From: an uncultured Candidatus Saccharibacteria bacterium
GTDB taxonomy: Bacteria; Patescibacteriota; UBA1384; XYA2-FULL-43-10; 1-14-0-10-43-13
Length of the DNA stretch: 64,000 bases
Direction of reading: 5' to 3'
NCBI GenBank assembly: GCA_964628585.1
Contig: CAZVMH010000004.1
Location: 9,977-73,976 of the forward strand
The position numbers and the translations under genes are program-made. A model generated the notes under the pieces. The model did not search any database. It had not been told where the DNA came from and saw nothing but the letters and a program-made list of their open reading frames with translations. Shown here one piece after another: positions 38,343 to 48,718 of the stretch. Position 1 is the stretch's first letter, and each line of letters opens with the position of its first letter.

Positions 38343-38858
38343 ATGAATGAACTTGAAGTGGATTTAGAAAAAGAAGGCGATAAGACGATAGTGCTCCCCA
38401 TGTCAGACGAAGATTTAATTCCTGTTTTCGATTTGGCAAATGAACCAAGCGTTAGAACTGCTTCTTTTAACCAAAACGAAATTGAGCTAGAGGGGCACAG
38501 AAAATGGTTTAAAAACAAGTTACAAGACAATAATGCAGTCATGTTAAAGTCAGTTACTGCTGAAAAATTGACAGGACAGGTGAGACTTGATATTGAGGGA
38601 GATAAAGCGGTTATAGGAATTAGTGTTTCGGAAAAATTTCGCGGCAGGGGAATTGGCTCGGAATTGCTGCAAGCGGCAATAAAGGAAGCACAAAAAAGGG
38701 GCATAAAGGAAATCGAAGCCTTTATTAAACCAGATAACAGTAGCTCTATAGCGTTGTTTGAAAAAAATGGATGGGTCTTCAGTAATGAAACGGAAGTTTC
38801 AGGCGTAAAGGCAAAAAAATACATATATATAGTAAAAGAGGAAAATGGTGGGCTTTAA
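38343..38858 (+). CDS. GNAT N-acetyltransferase (PseH-like)
   Basis: ANEPSVRTASF..I.LEGHRKWF, GQVRLD, FRGRGIGS, NSSSIALFEKNG. Confidence 0.8.
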   Translation: MNELEVDLEKEGDKTIVLPMSDEDLIPVFDLANEPSVRTASFNQNEIELEGHRKWFKNKLQDNNAVMLKSVTAEKLTGQVRLDIEGDKAVIGISVSEKFRGRGIGSELLQAAIKEAQKRGIKEIEAFIKPDNSSSIALFEKNGWVFSNETEVSGVKAKKYIYIVKEENGGL

Positions 38859-39891
38859 AATTGGTAACAAAATGGTCGGGGGAGAAAATCCAGCCTTTAT
38901 CATAGCTGAACTTTCTGCAAACCATGGTCATGATATTGAAATTGCAAAGAAAACGATTAAAGCAATGAAAGAATCAGGAGCAGACGCTGTAAAATTACAG
39001 ACATATACTGCCGACACCATCACAATAAATAGTAGCAATGACTACTTTAAGATTAAACAGGGTACGATCTGGGATGGCAAAAACCTCCACAAGCTTTATG
39101 AGGAAGCCCATACTCCATGGGAGTGGCAGCCAAAACTAAAGAAATTAGCAAAAGAACTTGGGTTAATTTGCTTTTCCTCTCCATTTGATTCTACGGCAGT
39201 AGATTTTCTTGCAAAAATGAATGTTCCTGCATATAAAATTGCATCTTTTGAGATTACCGATATTCCGCTGATAGAATATATTGCATCAAAAAACAAACCG
39301 GTAATCATATCAACAGGAATTGCAAAACTGGAAGATATCAGGGAAGCGATTAAGGCATGCAAACGCATGGGCAACGACCAAATTGCGTTACTAAAGTGCA
39401 CCTCTGCTTACCCTGCACCTTATGAAGAAATTAATTTAAAAACAATTCCTGACATGCATAAAAAATTTAGAGCAGTTATTGGTTTGTCTGACCATTCCGA
39501 AGGAATTGAGATGCCAGTCGCAGCGGTGTCGCTTGGTGCAAAAATAATCGAAAAACATTTTATTTTAGATAGAAAAATTGGTGGTGCTGACGCTAGTTTT
39601 TCTTTGGAACCGAGGGAATTCAAGGCTATGGTAGATGCGGTTCGAAATACAGAAAAGGCGCTTGGCAAAATAACATATGAGTTATCGGAAAAATCCAAAA
39701 AAAGCCGTGAATTTTCTAGATCTTTATTCGTTGTCGAGGATGTAGAAAAGGGAGAAGAATTAACCAAAGAAAATATCCGTTCTATCCGCCCTGCTTTTGG
39801 CTTGGCCCCCAAATTCTATAATACTGTAATAGGGAAAAAAGCAAAGCATACGCTAAAACGAGGCATGCCATTAAGAAAATCAGATTTTTAA
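38845..39891 (+). CDS. pseI: Pseudaminic acid synthase
   Basis: IIAELSANH, KLQTYTADT, AHTPWEW, KIASFE, LKCTSAYP, GLSDH, C-terminal SAF domain. Confidence 0.92.
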   Translation: MVGFKIGNKMVGGENPAFIIAELSANHGHDIEIAKKTIKAMKESGADAVKLQTYTADTITINSSNDYFKIKQGTIWDGKNLHKLYEEAHTPWEWQPKLKKLAKELGLICFSSPFDSTAVDFLAKMNVPAYKIASFEITDIPLIEYIASKNKPVIISTGIAKLEDIREAIKACKRMGNDQIALLKCTSAYPAPYEEINLKTIPDMHKKFRAVIGLSDHSEGIEMPVAAVSLGAKIIEKHFILDRKIGGADASFSLEPREFKAMVDAVRNTEKALGKITYELSEKSKKSREFSRSLFVVEDVEKGEELTKENIRSIRPAFGLAPKFYNTVIGKKAKHTLKRGMPLRKSDF

Positions 39892-39903
39892 TAGGAGACC
39901 AAA

Positions 39904-40596
39904 ATGAAAAATGTATTAGCCGTAATACCGGCAAGAGGTGGAAGCAAAAGAATTCCTCGTAAGAATATTAAAAATTTCTTGGGTCGGCCAATAATGGGAT
40001 ATTCCATCGATGCTGCGAAAAAATCAGGCGTTTTTGAGGAGGTAATGGTTTCCACAGAAGATAAGGAAATCGCTAAAATTGCTGAAAAGTTAGGTGCAAG
40101 CGTTCCTTTTATGCGAAGCGAAAAAACAGCTGGGAGTAAAGCAAGTTTGGCCGATGTGCTTCTCGAGGTTTTAGATGAATACGAAAAAAGAGGTAAAAAA
40201 TTTGAGTATGTTTGTTTCATACTTTCAACTGCTCCCTTTGTTACTGCCAAGAGAATAAAAGAAGGCTTTGAATTGCTCAAAAAAACTAAATCGGATGAAG
40301 TTATCCCTGTTGTTCAATTCAGCTTTCCAATACAACGGGCGTTTAAGGTTTTGGATAATAGGGTGAAAATGATATGGCCCAAAAATATGTTTAAGCATTC
40401 TCAAGATCTTATGCCGACGTATCACGATAGTGGTCAATATTACTGGTTAAAAATAGAAAGTTTTAAAAAACAAAAAAAATTTTTCTTGGCAAAAGCAACA
40501 CCATTAATTCTGCCAGAATCTGAAGTTCAAGATATTGATACAGACGAGGATTGGAAAATTGCAGAAATGAAATTTAAGATATTAAAACATGCGTAA
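39904..40596 (+). CDS. pseF: Pseudaminic acid cytidylyltransferase
   Basis: IPARGGSKRIPRKNIK, YHDSGQYYW, VQDIDTDEDW. Confidence 0.9.
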   Translation: MKNVLAVIPARGGSKRIPRKNIKNFLGRPIMGYSIDAAKKSGVFEEVMVSTEDKEIAKIAEKLGASVPFMRSEKTAGSKASLADVLLEVLDEYEKRGKKFEYVCFILSTAPFVTAKRIKEGFELLKKTKSDEVIPVVQFSFPIQRAFKVLDNRVKMIWPKNMFKHSQDLMPTYHDSGQYYWLKIESFKKQKKFFLAKATPLILPESEVQDIDTDEDWKIAEMKFKILKHA

Positions 40597-41548
40597 GTTT
40601 AAAGCTCTCATAATAGGCGCTGGTAATATCGGAGCGTTATTTGATAGCCCTAAAAGCAAAAATATCATAACTCATGCTCACGCTTATAGTGTGCACCCAG
40701 GCTTTGAATTAATAGGGTTTGTTAACCCTGACCCAAAGAATGCAAAGAAGGCGGTTAAAATTTGGGGAGGCAAAGCCTATTCAAGCATAGAAGAGGCTTT
40801 CAATAAGGAACCGTCTATAGATGTAGTTTCGGTTTGTGCGCCAGATGAGCATCACGGCAAAATTATCAAGGAAATTGCAGAAAAAACGGTTGATTTCATT
40901 TTTGCTGAAAAGCCCATAACCAAATCTCTAAAGGAAGCTAGGGAAGTTATTGATATCTGCAATAAAAACAAAGTCCCTCTTCAGGTGAACTACTCAAGAA
41001 GATTTGTTCCTGAAATACAAGCACTAGCAAGAGAAATAAAAGCGGGTACTTACGGCACCCTGACTAATGGAATTGCATACTATGGCAAAGGCATCATGCA
41101 TAACGGCTCGCATATGATGGACTTAATTAGATTCCTCTTAGGCGAGGTCAAATTCATCAAAGCAACTGACAAGATAAATGATTTCTATGATGATGATCCT
41201 ACTGTATCCGCCATATTAACTTTGGATAATGGCGAGCCCATTTACTTGAGAGGTATAAACTGTCAAAATTTTACAATTTTTGAACTTGATTTGATATTTC
41301 AAAAAGGAAGAGTAACATTAAATAATTCCGGATACCAAATTGAAAGATATTTGGTTCAAGAAAACAAACTATTTAAAGGCTATCGTTATTTATCAAAACC
41401 AAAAGAATCAAAAACTTCGCTCGATAAGGCTATGTATTGTGCGGTTGAAAATATCCATGAATATCTTGTGAAGAAAAAACCACTTCTTTGTTCCAAGGAA
41501 GAGGGATATTTAAGTTTAAAAGCAGCGATAGAAGTAAAAGAGGCCTAA
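40589..41548 (+). CDS. Gfo/Idh/MocA oxidoreductase
   Basis: IIGAGNIG, AEKP, VNYSRRF, HNGSH. Confidence 0.88.
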   Translation: MRKFKALIIGAGNIGALFDSPKSKNIITHAHAYSVHPGFELIGFVNPDPKNAKKAVKIWGGKAYSSIEEAFNKEPSIDVVSVCAPDEHHGKIIKEIAEKTVDFIFAEKPITKSLKEAREVIDICNKNKVPLQVNYSRRFVPEIQALAREIKAGTYGTLTNGIAYYGKGIMHNGSHMMDLIRFLLGEVKFIKATDKINDFYDDDPTVSAILTLDNGEPIYLRGINCQNFTIFELDLIFQKGRVTLNNSGYQIERYLVQENKLFKGYRYLSKPKESKTSLDKAMYCAVENIHEYLVKKKPLLCSKEEGYLSLKAAIEVKEA

Positions 41549-42687
41549 TGAAAAAAATCTTATTATTTGCCAGGGATCCGGGTGGAGCAAATACAATAAT
41601 GCCATTAATTGAACCGTTGAAGGATAGAGGCTATGAGGTTTTAGTATTTGGCAAAGATGTTGCCCTTATCCGTTTTGCAGCAAATAATATTGAAGCCAAA
41701 GACATTACCAAGGAGATGGGAGGTATAAATGAGGTCAATATTTCCAATTTTATAAAAGTCAAACGACCAAACTTTATAATTACAGGAACCAGTGCTGATG
41801 ATATGACAGAAAAATATCTATGGAAGGAAGCAGAAAAATTGAAAATCCCATCCTTTGCCATTATTGACCAATGGTTGAATTACGGAATTCGGTTTTCAAG
41901 ATATGGGGTAGATAAAATGGAAGAATATTTAAAACGAAAAGAGTTCGATTATTTACCAACAAAAATATTAATAATGGATGATCTAGCAAAAAAAGAAGCA
42001 ATTGAAGAAGGATTACCCGCAGAAAGGATTATTGTTTCGGGACAACCTTATTTTGAATATTTAAAGAATAAAAAATTTGATCAAAAAGTGCTCCAAAAGA
42101 TAAAAACAAAAAATAATATTAAGTCCGGAGAATATATCATCGTTTACGCATCTGAACCAATTCGGAAAACTTATGGGGAGTCAAGCACAACCGACCATTT
42201 TTGGGGCTATGATGAGATCTCGGTCTTTAAATGTCTATATAAGGCAATGCTTATCGCCTCAGAGAAGTTTAATAAAAAAATTAAACTCATTATCAAGCCC
42301 CACCCAAAGGAAGATCTAGATCACTATAACGAATTGATTTTCTCTCTTAAGAAGGGTAGTATTACAATAAAGTTGGACAAAGAATCTGATTCTCAATACC
42401 TAATCAAACTTGCTGATTTGGTTTGCGGAATGTCATCAATGTTTCTTTTGGAATCGTATCTTCTGGGCAAAGCCACTATTAGTGTCCAGATTGGATTAAA
42501 TAAGAAAAACCCATTTGTTCTTGACAGAATCGGTATAGTTAAGAGCATTCTTAACCAACAGGAATTGAATAGTAAAATATCATCCTTGCTAAGCGGCGGA
42601 AAGACAGACTTAAAAAAATTTAAATTAATCAATAATCCGGTTGAAAGAGTGATTGTAAATATGGAGAGAGTATTATGCCAGAACTAG
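41548..42687 (+). CDS. GT-B-fold-like hypothetical protein (possible glycosyltransferase or nucleotide-sugar hydrolase)
   Basis: ARDPGGAN, IIVSGQPYF, KPHPKE, ADLVCGMSSMFLLES; start ATG 41548 overlaps the upstream TAA. Confidence 0.55.
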   Translation: MKKILLFARDPGGANTIMPLIEPLKDRGYEVLVFGKDVALIRFAANNIEAKDITKEMGGINEVNISNFIKVKRPNFIITGTSADDMTEKYLWKEAEKLKIPSFAIIDQWLNYGIRFSRYGVDKMEEYLKRKEFDYLPTKILIMDDLAKKEAIEEGLPAERIIVSGQPYFEYLKNKKFDQKVLQKIKTKNNIKSGEYIIVYASEPIRKTYGESSTTDHFWGYDEISVFKCLYKAMLIASEKFNKKIKLIIKPHPKEDLDHYNELIFSLKKGSITIKLDKESDSQYLIKLADLVCGMSSMFLLESYLLGKATISVQIGLNKKNPFVLDRIGIVKSILNQQELNSKISSLLSGGKTDLKKFKLINNPVERVIVNMERVLCQN

Positions 42688-43979
42688 CAATTAATGGCGG
42701 CAAAAAAGTTAGAACCAAAAAATTTCCTGCTTACAAAGTATTTGGTAGGGAAGAACTGTCAGCAACTAGTAAGGTTATTAAATCTGGTATCTTATCTAAA
42801 TTTCTAGGATGTTGGCACGATGATTTTTATGGAGGACCTCAAGTCCGTGAATTAGAAAAAAAATGGGCTCGTCATTTCAAAGTAAAGCATGCAATATCGG
42901 TAAATTCGGCAACCTCCGGTTTATACTGCGCCGTTGGTGCGGTTGGTGCTGGACCAGGGGATGAGATTATTGTTTCTCCTTATACAATGTCAGCATCGGC
43001 AACAGCTGCTTTGATATTTAACGCCGTTCCGGTATTCGCTGACATTGAAGAGGATTACTTTTGTCTGTCTCCGGAATCAATTGAATCAAAAATTACAAAG
43101 AGAACAAAAGCAATAATTGTTGTTGATATTTTTGGTCAACCATATGATGTGAAAAAAATAAATAATATAGCCAAAAAGCATAACCTATTGGTTATTGAGG
43201 ACTGCGCTCAAGCACCTGGGGCAAAATACAAAGGAAAATGGGCCGGTACCCTGGGAGATATCGGCGTTTATTCTTTAAATTATCATAAGCATATCCATAC
43301 AGGTGAAGGCGGTGTGGTCGTAACCAACAACGATGAGCTTGCCGACAGGATTAGGTTAATTAGAAACCACGCCGAATCAGTAGTTGAGGGTAAAGGGGTC
43401 AGCTCATTAATCAACATGGTAGGTTTTAATTTTCGAATGACAGAAATAGAAGCAGCCATTGCACAAGAACAGTTAAAAAAATTGCCAAAATTACTCTCTG
43501 AAAGGCAAAGGAATGTTAAATATTTGGAGAAGCATCTATCCAAGATTCCATGTATTAAGCCAGCGAAAGTAAGAAAGGGATGCAACCATGCATATTACGT
43601 TCATATTTTAAAATTCGATGAAGAAAAAGCCGGCGTAAGTCGTAATAAATTTATTGATGCAGTGAAAGCCGAGCTAGCTCCTACTGAATTAAGAGAAGCA
43701 GAAGGGGTGAAATTGGGAGTCGGTTACGTCAAGCCCCTATACCTTCTTCCAATATTTCAGGAAAGAACTGCTTTTGGGGACAAAGGTTGTCCATGGAGCT
43801 GTGGGTTCAATAAAAGTAAAACTTCCTATAAAAAGGGAATCTGTCCGGTTGTTGAAAAAATGCATGAGAAGGTCTTGGTCTCTCACGAATTGATGCGTCC
43901 GCCTATGTCAAAAAAAGATCTTGATGATGTTGTCAAAGCGTTTTATAAAGTTTGGGAAAATAGAATGGAGATAAAATGA
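42675..43979 (+). CDS. DegT/DnrJ/EryC1/StrS aminotransferase
   Basis: NSATSGL, IEDCAQA, SLNYHKHIHTGEGG, GFNFRMTE. Confidence 0.9.
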   Translation: MPELAINGGKKVRTKKFPAYKVFGREELSATSKVIKSGILSKFLGCWHDDFYGGPQVRELEKKWARHFKVKHAISVNSATSGLYCAVGAVGAGPGDEIIVSPYTMSASATAALIFNAVPVFADIEEDYFCLSPESIESKITKRTKAIIVVDIFGQPYDVKKINNIAKKHNLLVIEDCAQAPGAKYKGKWAGTLGDIGVYSLNYHKHIHTGEGGVVVTNNDELADRIRLIRNHAESVVEGKGVSSLINMVGFNFRMTEIEAAIAQEQLKKLPKLLSERQRNVKYLEKHLSKIPCIKPAKVRKGCNHAYYVHILKFDEEKAGVSRNKFIDAVKAELAPTELREAEGVKLGVGYVKPLYLLPIFQERTAFGDKGCPWSCGFNKSKTSYKKGICPVVEKMHEKVLVSHELMRPPMSKKDLDDVVKAFYKVWENRMEIK

Positions 43980-44524
43980 AAAAACTAGCCTTTCTTAAGG
44001 GAAAAAAATTATACCTAAGGCAATTGCAACCAGAGGACATCGAAGGGGATTATGTGCAGTGGTTTAATGATCCGGAAGTTTGCCAGTTTAATTCTCACCA
44101 TACTTTTCCATATGGCAAAGAAAAGGCGGCTGACTATATAAATAATGTTGCTAACTCTAAAACAGATTTAGTTTTGGCTATAATTGCTAACGATAAAAAC
44201 AAGCACATTGGAAACGTTTCTCTTCAAAATATTAACTTTCTGGCTCAAAATGCAGAATTTGCCATTGTCATCGGTGACAAAAACTACTGGGGCAAAGGAT
44301 ATTCTAAAGAAGCTTCAAGATTAATAATCGAACATGGATTTTTAGAGCTTAACCTGCATCGCATTTACTGTGGGACATCCGCTGAAAATTTACCGATGCA
44401 AGGGCTAGCTAAATCTTTGGGCATGAAAAAAGAAGGTCAAAGGAAAGACGGAATATTCAAACACGGGAAATTTCAAGATATATTTGAATACGGTATCTTG
44501 GCGAAAGAGTATTTTAATAACTAG
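43976..44524 (+). CDS. GNAT (RimJ/RimL-like) acetyltransferase
   Basis: WFNDPEV, HIGNVSL, YWGKGYSKEA, LNLHRIY. Confidence 0.85.
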   Translation: MKKLAFLKGKKLYLRQLQPEDIEGDYVQWFNDPEVCQFNSHHTFPYGKEKAADYINNVANSKTDLVLAIIANDKNKHIGNVSLQNINFLAQNAEFAIVIGDKNYWGKGYSKEASRLIIEHGFLELNLHRIYCGTSAENLPMQGLAKSLGMKKEGQRKDGIFKHGKFQDIFEYGILAKEYFNN

Positions 44525-44561
44525 TAAATATAACTTATTATTTTAACGGAAGGATGGTTAA

Positions 44562-45188
44562 GTGAAAGAATTTAAGACAGATCAAGAGAAATTTTGGGCC
44601 GGTGATTTTGGGAATAAATATGCCTCCAGGAATTGCGGAGAGGACTTTGTTGCTGGAAGATTAATGTTTTTTTCAAGAGTATTATCAAAAGTCCAGAAAA
44701 TTGACTCAGTAATCGAATACGGGTCTAATATAGGTGAAAACCTCAGAGCATTAAGCCAAATATTGCCAAAAGCAAAGTTTAACGCAGTCGAGATAAACCA
44801 GTCTGCGGCAAAAGAAATAACAAAGTGGAGCAAGGGCAAAGTAAAGGTTTTTAATCAATCAATTATTGATTTCAAAGCACCGAAAAAATATGACCTAGTT
44901 TTTACTAAAGGAGTATTGATTCACATCAACCCCAATGAGTTAAAAAAGGTCTATGCTTCCATGTATAAAGCGAGTGCAAAATATATTCTTGTTTGCGAAT
45001 ACTATAATGTTGAACCTGTTGCAATTGATTATAGAGGACATCAAGACCGGTTATTTAAAAGAGATTTCTGTGGAGAAATAATGAAACAATACCCCAGCCT
45101 TGAGCTTGTTGATTATGGATTTATCTATCATGGGGACGAAAAATTGGCTGACGACGACCAAAACTGGTTCTTGTTGCAAAAAAAATAG
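44562..45188 (+). CDS. Pseudaminic-acid-biosynthesis-associated methyltransferase
   Basis: TDQEKFWAGDFG, EYGSNIG, TKGVLIHINP, YRGHQDRLFKRDF. Confidence 0.88.
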   Translation: MKEFKTDQEKFWAGDFGNKYASRNCGEDFVAGRLMFFSRVLSKVQKIDSVIEYGSNIGENLRALSQILPKAKFNAVEINQSAAKEITKWSKGKVKVFNQSIIDFKAPKKYDLVFTKGVLIHINPNELKKVYASMYKASAKYILVCEYYNVEPVAIDYRGHQDRLFKRDFCGEIMKQYPSLELVDYGFIYHGDEKLADDDQNWFLLQKK

Positions 45189-45240
45189 ATTTAAGTTTAT
45201 AATATAATCCTATTTTTTTAACAAAAAAGAGGAGTGCAGA

Positions 45241-46341
45241 ATGAAGCTATGTACTAAGTGCGTTCAGCCTGATACCAGGCCGGGTATTTATTTTAACGAA
45301 GAGGGGGTTTGTGGGGCTTGCCTCTACGCAGAAGATGTTAAAAAAAACATCGATTGGAAATCACGTGAAAAAGAGCTCAGAGAGATTGCACAATGGGCTA
45401 AAAAAAATGCAAAGGGTGATTATGATTGCATTGTTGGGGTAAGCGGAGGTAAAGACAGCCTTTTTCAGGCGTTGTATGCAAGAGATAGGTTGGGCTTGAG
45501 ACCCTTGCTAGTTAATTGTGAACCAGAGGGAATAACCGATATAGGACGAAAAAATATTGAAAACCTAAAAAATTTAGGATTCGATACGATTTCCATAAGA
45601 CCAAATCCTGCAATATTAAAGAAATTAATAAAAAAAGATTTTTACGAATTCTTAAATCCCGTTAAAGTGACAGAATTTCCCTTGTTTGCAGTTTCCTATA
45701 TCATGGCAGACCAATTCAATGTTCCTCTTGTAGTTCAAGGGGAAAATCCAGCATTAACTTTGGGTGTTAGAAATAAAGGATTTGGCGAAAATGATGACGC
45801 TCTCAATACAAACAAAGGGGATACGCTTTCTACTGGATGGGAACGTTATATAACAGATGGTGTTACAAAAAGGGATCTATACTGGTACCATTATGATGAA
45901 GAAAAGATAAGGAAAAAAGGCATTCGAGCAATATGGCTGCAATATTACGCAAAGGAATGGTCAACACCGGGAAACGCAAAATTCTCAGTTGGTCATGGCC
46001 TAACTGTAAGGCCAAAAGGCTTTAATCCTAATGATATTGGCACTTATGTCAACTACTCCCAATTGGACTCTGATTTGGTGCAGGTAAATCAACTTCTAAA
46101 ATATGTGAAATTTGGTTTCGGTCAATGCACTGACCATGCTTGCTATGATATTAGAGAGGGACTAATTACACGTGAAGAAGGTTTGAAATTAGTAAAAAAA
46201 TACGACGGCAAATGTAATGTTAAGTATATTAAAATGTTTTGTGATTATATCGGCATTACTTTAGAAGAGTTTTATAAAACAGCAGATAAATTCAGAAACA
46301 AAGAAATATTTAAGGAAAAAAGATCCTGGCTCAAGAAATAA
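45241..46341 (+). CDS. N-acetyl sugar amidotransferase (WbuX/PseA-like)
   Basis: CTKCVQPDTRPGI, CGAC, VGVSGGKDS (PP-loop), KFGFG, IREGLITREEG. Confidence 0.88.
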   Translation: MKLCTKCVQPDTRPGIYFNEEGVCGACLYAEDVKKNIDWKSREKELREIAQWAKKNAKGDYDCIVGVSGGKDSLFQALYARDRLGLRPLLVNCEPEGITDIGRKNIENLKNLGFDTISIRPNPAILKKLIKKDFYEFLNPVKVTEFPLFAVSYIMADQFNVPLVVQGENPALTLGVRNKGFGENDDALNTNKGDTLSTGWERYITDGVTKRDLYWYHYDEEKIRKKGIRAIWLQYYAKEWSTPGNAKFSVGHGLTVRPKGFNPNDIGTYVNYSQLDSDLVQVNQLLKYVKFGFGQCTDHACYDIREGLITREEGLKLVKKYDGKCNVKYIKMFCDYIGITLEEFYKTADKFRNKEIFKEKRSWLKK

Positions 46342-46372
46342 TATTATTAAATGTATTACCTCTAGTCAATTT

Positions 46373-47686
46373 ATGAAATCTCTTGTAATTGAATTGGTAA
46401 AAAGAATCCATTATTTTTTATTTGGCCAAGAGATGAGCGTTCAAATGAAAAATTTTATGGGCAATCTTTCATGGTCTTTTTTTGCTGGAATTATTGCTAT
46501 GCCAATCTCAATGCTTGTTGGAACTTTAGCTGGAAGATTAATGGGCCCGGTAGACTATGGGCGATACAACCTGGTTGTCCTAATTAGCTCGTATGTTGTC
46601 GCCTTTGCTTATTTCGGTCTTGATATTTCATCGCTCAAAAGAATAGTGAAATCAAAATCTCTGGCCGAACAGAGAACTTCTTTTTACAGTGCGTTTATAT
46701 TTATTGTATTTATGCTAGCGATCTTTACTGTAATTTCATTTTCCTTTGGACCAGCGATAATTGCGAAAACGGATCTTCCTAAAAATATAATTTACTTCAT
46801 TATATTTTATACAATTGTAAACTTAATTAAATCAATTACAGACGTCTTGGTTCGTGCAACTGAGAGATTTAAGCTACAAGCCATTTCAAGACTTATCGAG
46901 GTCTTTATTTTAACGGCTGTTTTTTTGGTTGTTGTTTTTCTTTATAAAATTCTTAATTATGAATTATACCTCGTAGCAATTATTCTCGGGATGGTCATCT
47001 CTTTGATTTATTATATACGGTATTTAAGACAATACTTCGGAGGATTCTCGTTTGATATATTAAAAAAACAACTCTCTGAGGGAAAGTTTTTTATGCTTAG
47101 CGGAATTTTAAGCACTTTTTTTATTTCCTCTGACAGGTTATTGATTGCCAAGTATTTGGATATAACAAATCTTGGGATATATAGCGCTTATTACGTGGCT
47201 TCTTTAGGTTTGGTTGCGCCAATGTCGCTTATATTGATAAATGTTTTTCTGCCTGCGACGGCAAGGTCTATCGATAAGAGCTTTACAAAAAAATTGGATA
47301 AATTACTATTCAAAGGGTTTGTTCCTATATATCTGTCGCTCTGTTTTGCGATATATATTTTCTTAAACCTTTTCGGCAAAGCCTATCCTCTGAGATTGAG
47401 TTATCTTCTTCTCTTTGCTCTTGCCGCCACACTATACTTTTTTAGCGTAATTTATAATGTAGTTATTTTGGATGCTGGACGAAATAACTATATTCAGTAT
47501 TTTTATCTCTCAACTATAATCAACCTTCTTACCATTGGGTATTATTTTGTTATCCTGCAATCTTCTTTTAAGTCGGTTATTCTTGTGCTGGTTGGCTTCT
47601 CAACTAATTTGCTCATCAATTTGATTATTCAGCTCGTCTTTGTTAGGATAATGAGAGAAAAGCGACTTCATGCACAAAAGGTCTAG
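46373..47686 (+). CDS. Wzx-like oligosaccharide flippase
   Basis: Polytopic; GRLMGPVDYGRY, SDRLLIAKYL, LGIYSAYY. Confidence 0.8.
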   Translation: MKSLVIELVKRIHYFLFGQEMSVQMKNFMGNLSWSFFAGIIAMPISMLVGTLAGRLMGPVDYGRYNLVVLISSYVVAFAYFGLDISSLKRIVKSKSLAEQRTSFYSAFIFIVFMLAIFTVISFSFGPAIIAKTDLPKNIIYFIIFYTIVNLIKSITDVLVRATERFKLQAISRLIEVFILTAVFLVVVFLYKILNYELYLVAIILGMVISLIYYIRYLRQYFGGFSFDILKKQLSEGKFFMLSGILSTFFISSDRLLIAKYLDITNLGIYSAYYVASLGLVAPMSLILINVFLPATARSIDKSFTKKLDKLLFKGFVPIYLSLCFAIYIFLNLFGKAYPLRLSYLLLFALAATLYFFSVIYNVVILDAGRNNYIQYFYLSTIINLLTIGYYFVILQSSFKSVILVLVGFSTNLLINLIIQLVFVRIMREKRLHAQKV

Positions 47687-48683
47687 AATGCCCGTAACTT
47701 TGAACGTATATTATTTTCTTCTTAATAAATTCCGTTGGCTCAGGCAAAAGGCGCTTCGAATTTTTCTATATAAGAAAACGAGCAATATAATCAAATCAAG
47801 AAAAAAATTAGAAATCACTGATATTGATAATATATCTGCTGACATTTCTCAAAATAAGTTTTTTGCATATACGCCTGAAAAATACACGCAAAATGATTAT
47901 TACGGCATAGCAACGAATCTAAAAAAATATTCTGGATTGCCTTATAGTCGATCCTTAGACTACGCGATCGAGCATGGAATCGATTTCTATTCAGATGGCT
48001 CTTCTTATGACATACATTCAACTGCTCGCGGCATTTTAACATTCAGTAAATATCGAGAAGAACGTCTTAAAAAAGCGACTCCAAAAGAAATCCATTGCAT
48101 AGGTCCGTATATTCATTATGCCCCCCATTATTTATCAAACAAAAACCTAGAAAGAGAGAAAAAGCGGTTAGGTAAAAATTTTTTAGTTTTTCCTGCCCAC
48201 TCTACTCCGGGGGTGGATTCGGAATTCGACATAGATAAATTTTGTACATATCTTAAGAAGATAAGTCGTGGTTTCGATTCGGTCAGGGTCTGTTTATATT
48301 GGAAAGACATTTTAATGGGCAGAGATAAACCGTATAAAAAGCATGGTTTTGAATGTGTGACAGCCGGTCATATCTATGATCCCATGTTCTTATCACGTCT
48401 CAAAAGCATTATAGAGGTCTCCGCAATGACTGCAACAAATGGAGTTGGCACCCACATTGGTTATTGCATTCTAATGGGCAAACCGGTTTACTATTTTAAA
48501 CAGGAGGTAAAATTAAATAAGGATTTGTTTTTCCAGAATGATGATACCGACCCGGTAACAAATGCATTCTCTAAATTTTCACAAAAAATAAATTCGAAAC
48601 AAATACAAATCATTGATTATTATTGGGGCTTAAAGTGTGTAAAAACACCAAAAGAATTAAAGAAGATACTATTTAATGATTAG
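47670..48683 (+). CDS. Hypothetical protein, possible glycosyltransferase
   Basis: YAIEHG, IGPYIHYA, VFPAHS, VCLYWKD, TAGH, GTHIGYCILMGKPV; glycan-cluster context. Confidence 0.5.
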   Translation: MHKRSRMPVTLNVYYFLLNKFRWLRQKALRIFLYKKTSNIIKSRKKLEITDIDNISADISQNKFFAYTPEKYTQNDYYGIATNLKKYSGLPYSRSLDYAIEHGIDFYSDGSSYDIHSTARGILTFSKYREERLKKATPKEIHCIGPYIHYAPHYLSNKNLEREKKRLGKNFLVFPAHSTPGVDSEFDIDKFCTYLKKISRGFDSVRVCLYWKDILMGRDKPYKKHGFECVTAGHIYDPMFLSRLKSIIEVSAMTATNGVGTHIGYCILMGKPVYYFKQEVKLNKDLFFQNDDTDPVTNAFSKFSQKINSKQIQIIDYYWGLKCVKTPKELKKILFND

Positions 48684-48718
48684 CCACAAGATAAATATTA
48701 TTAAACTTTGAGGAATAT

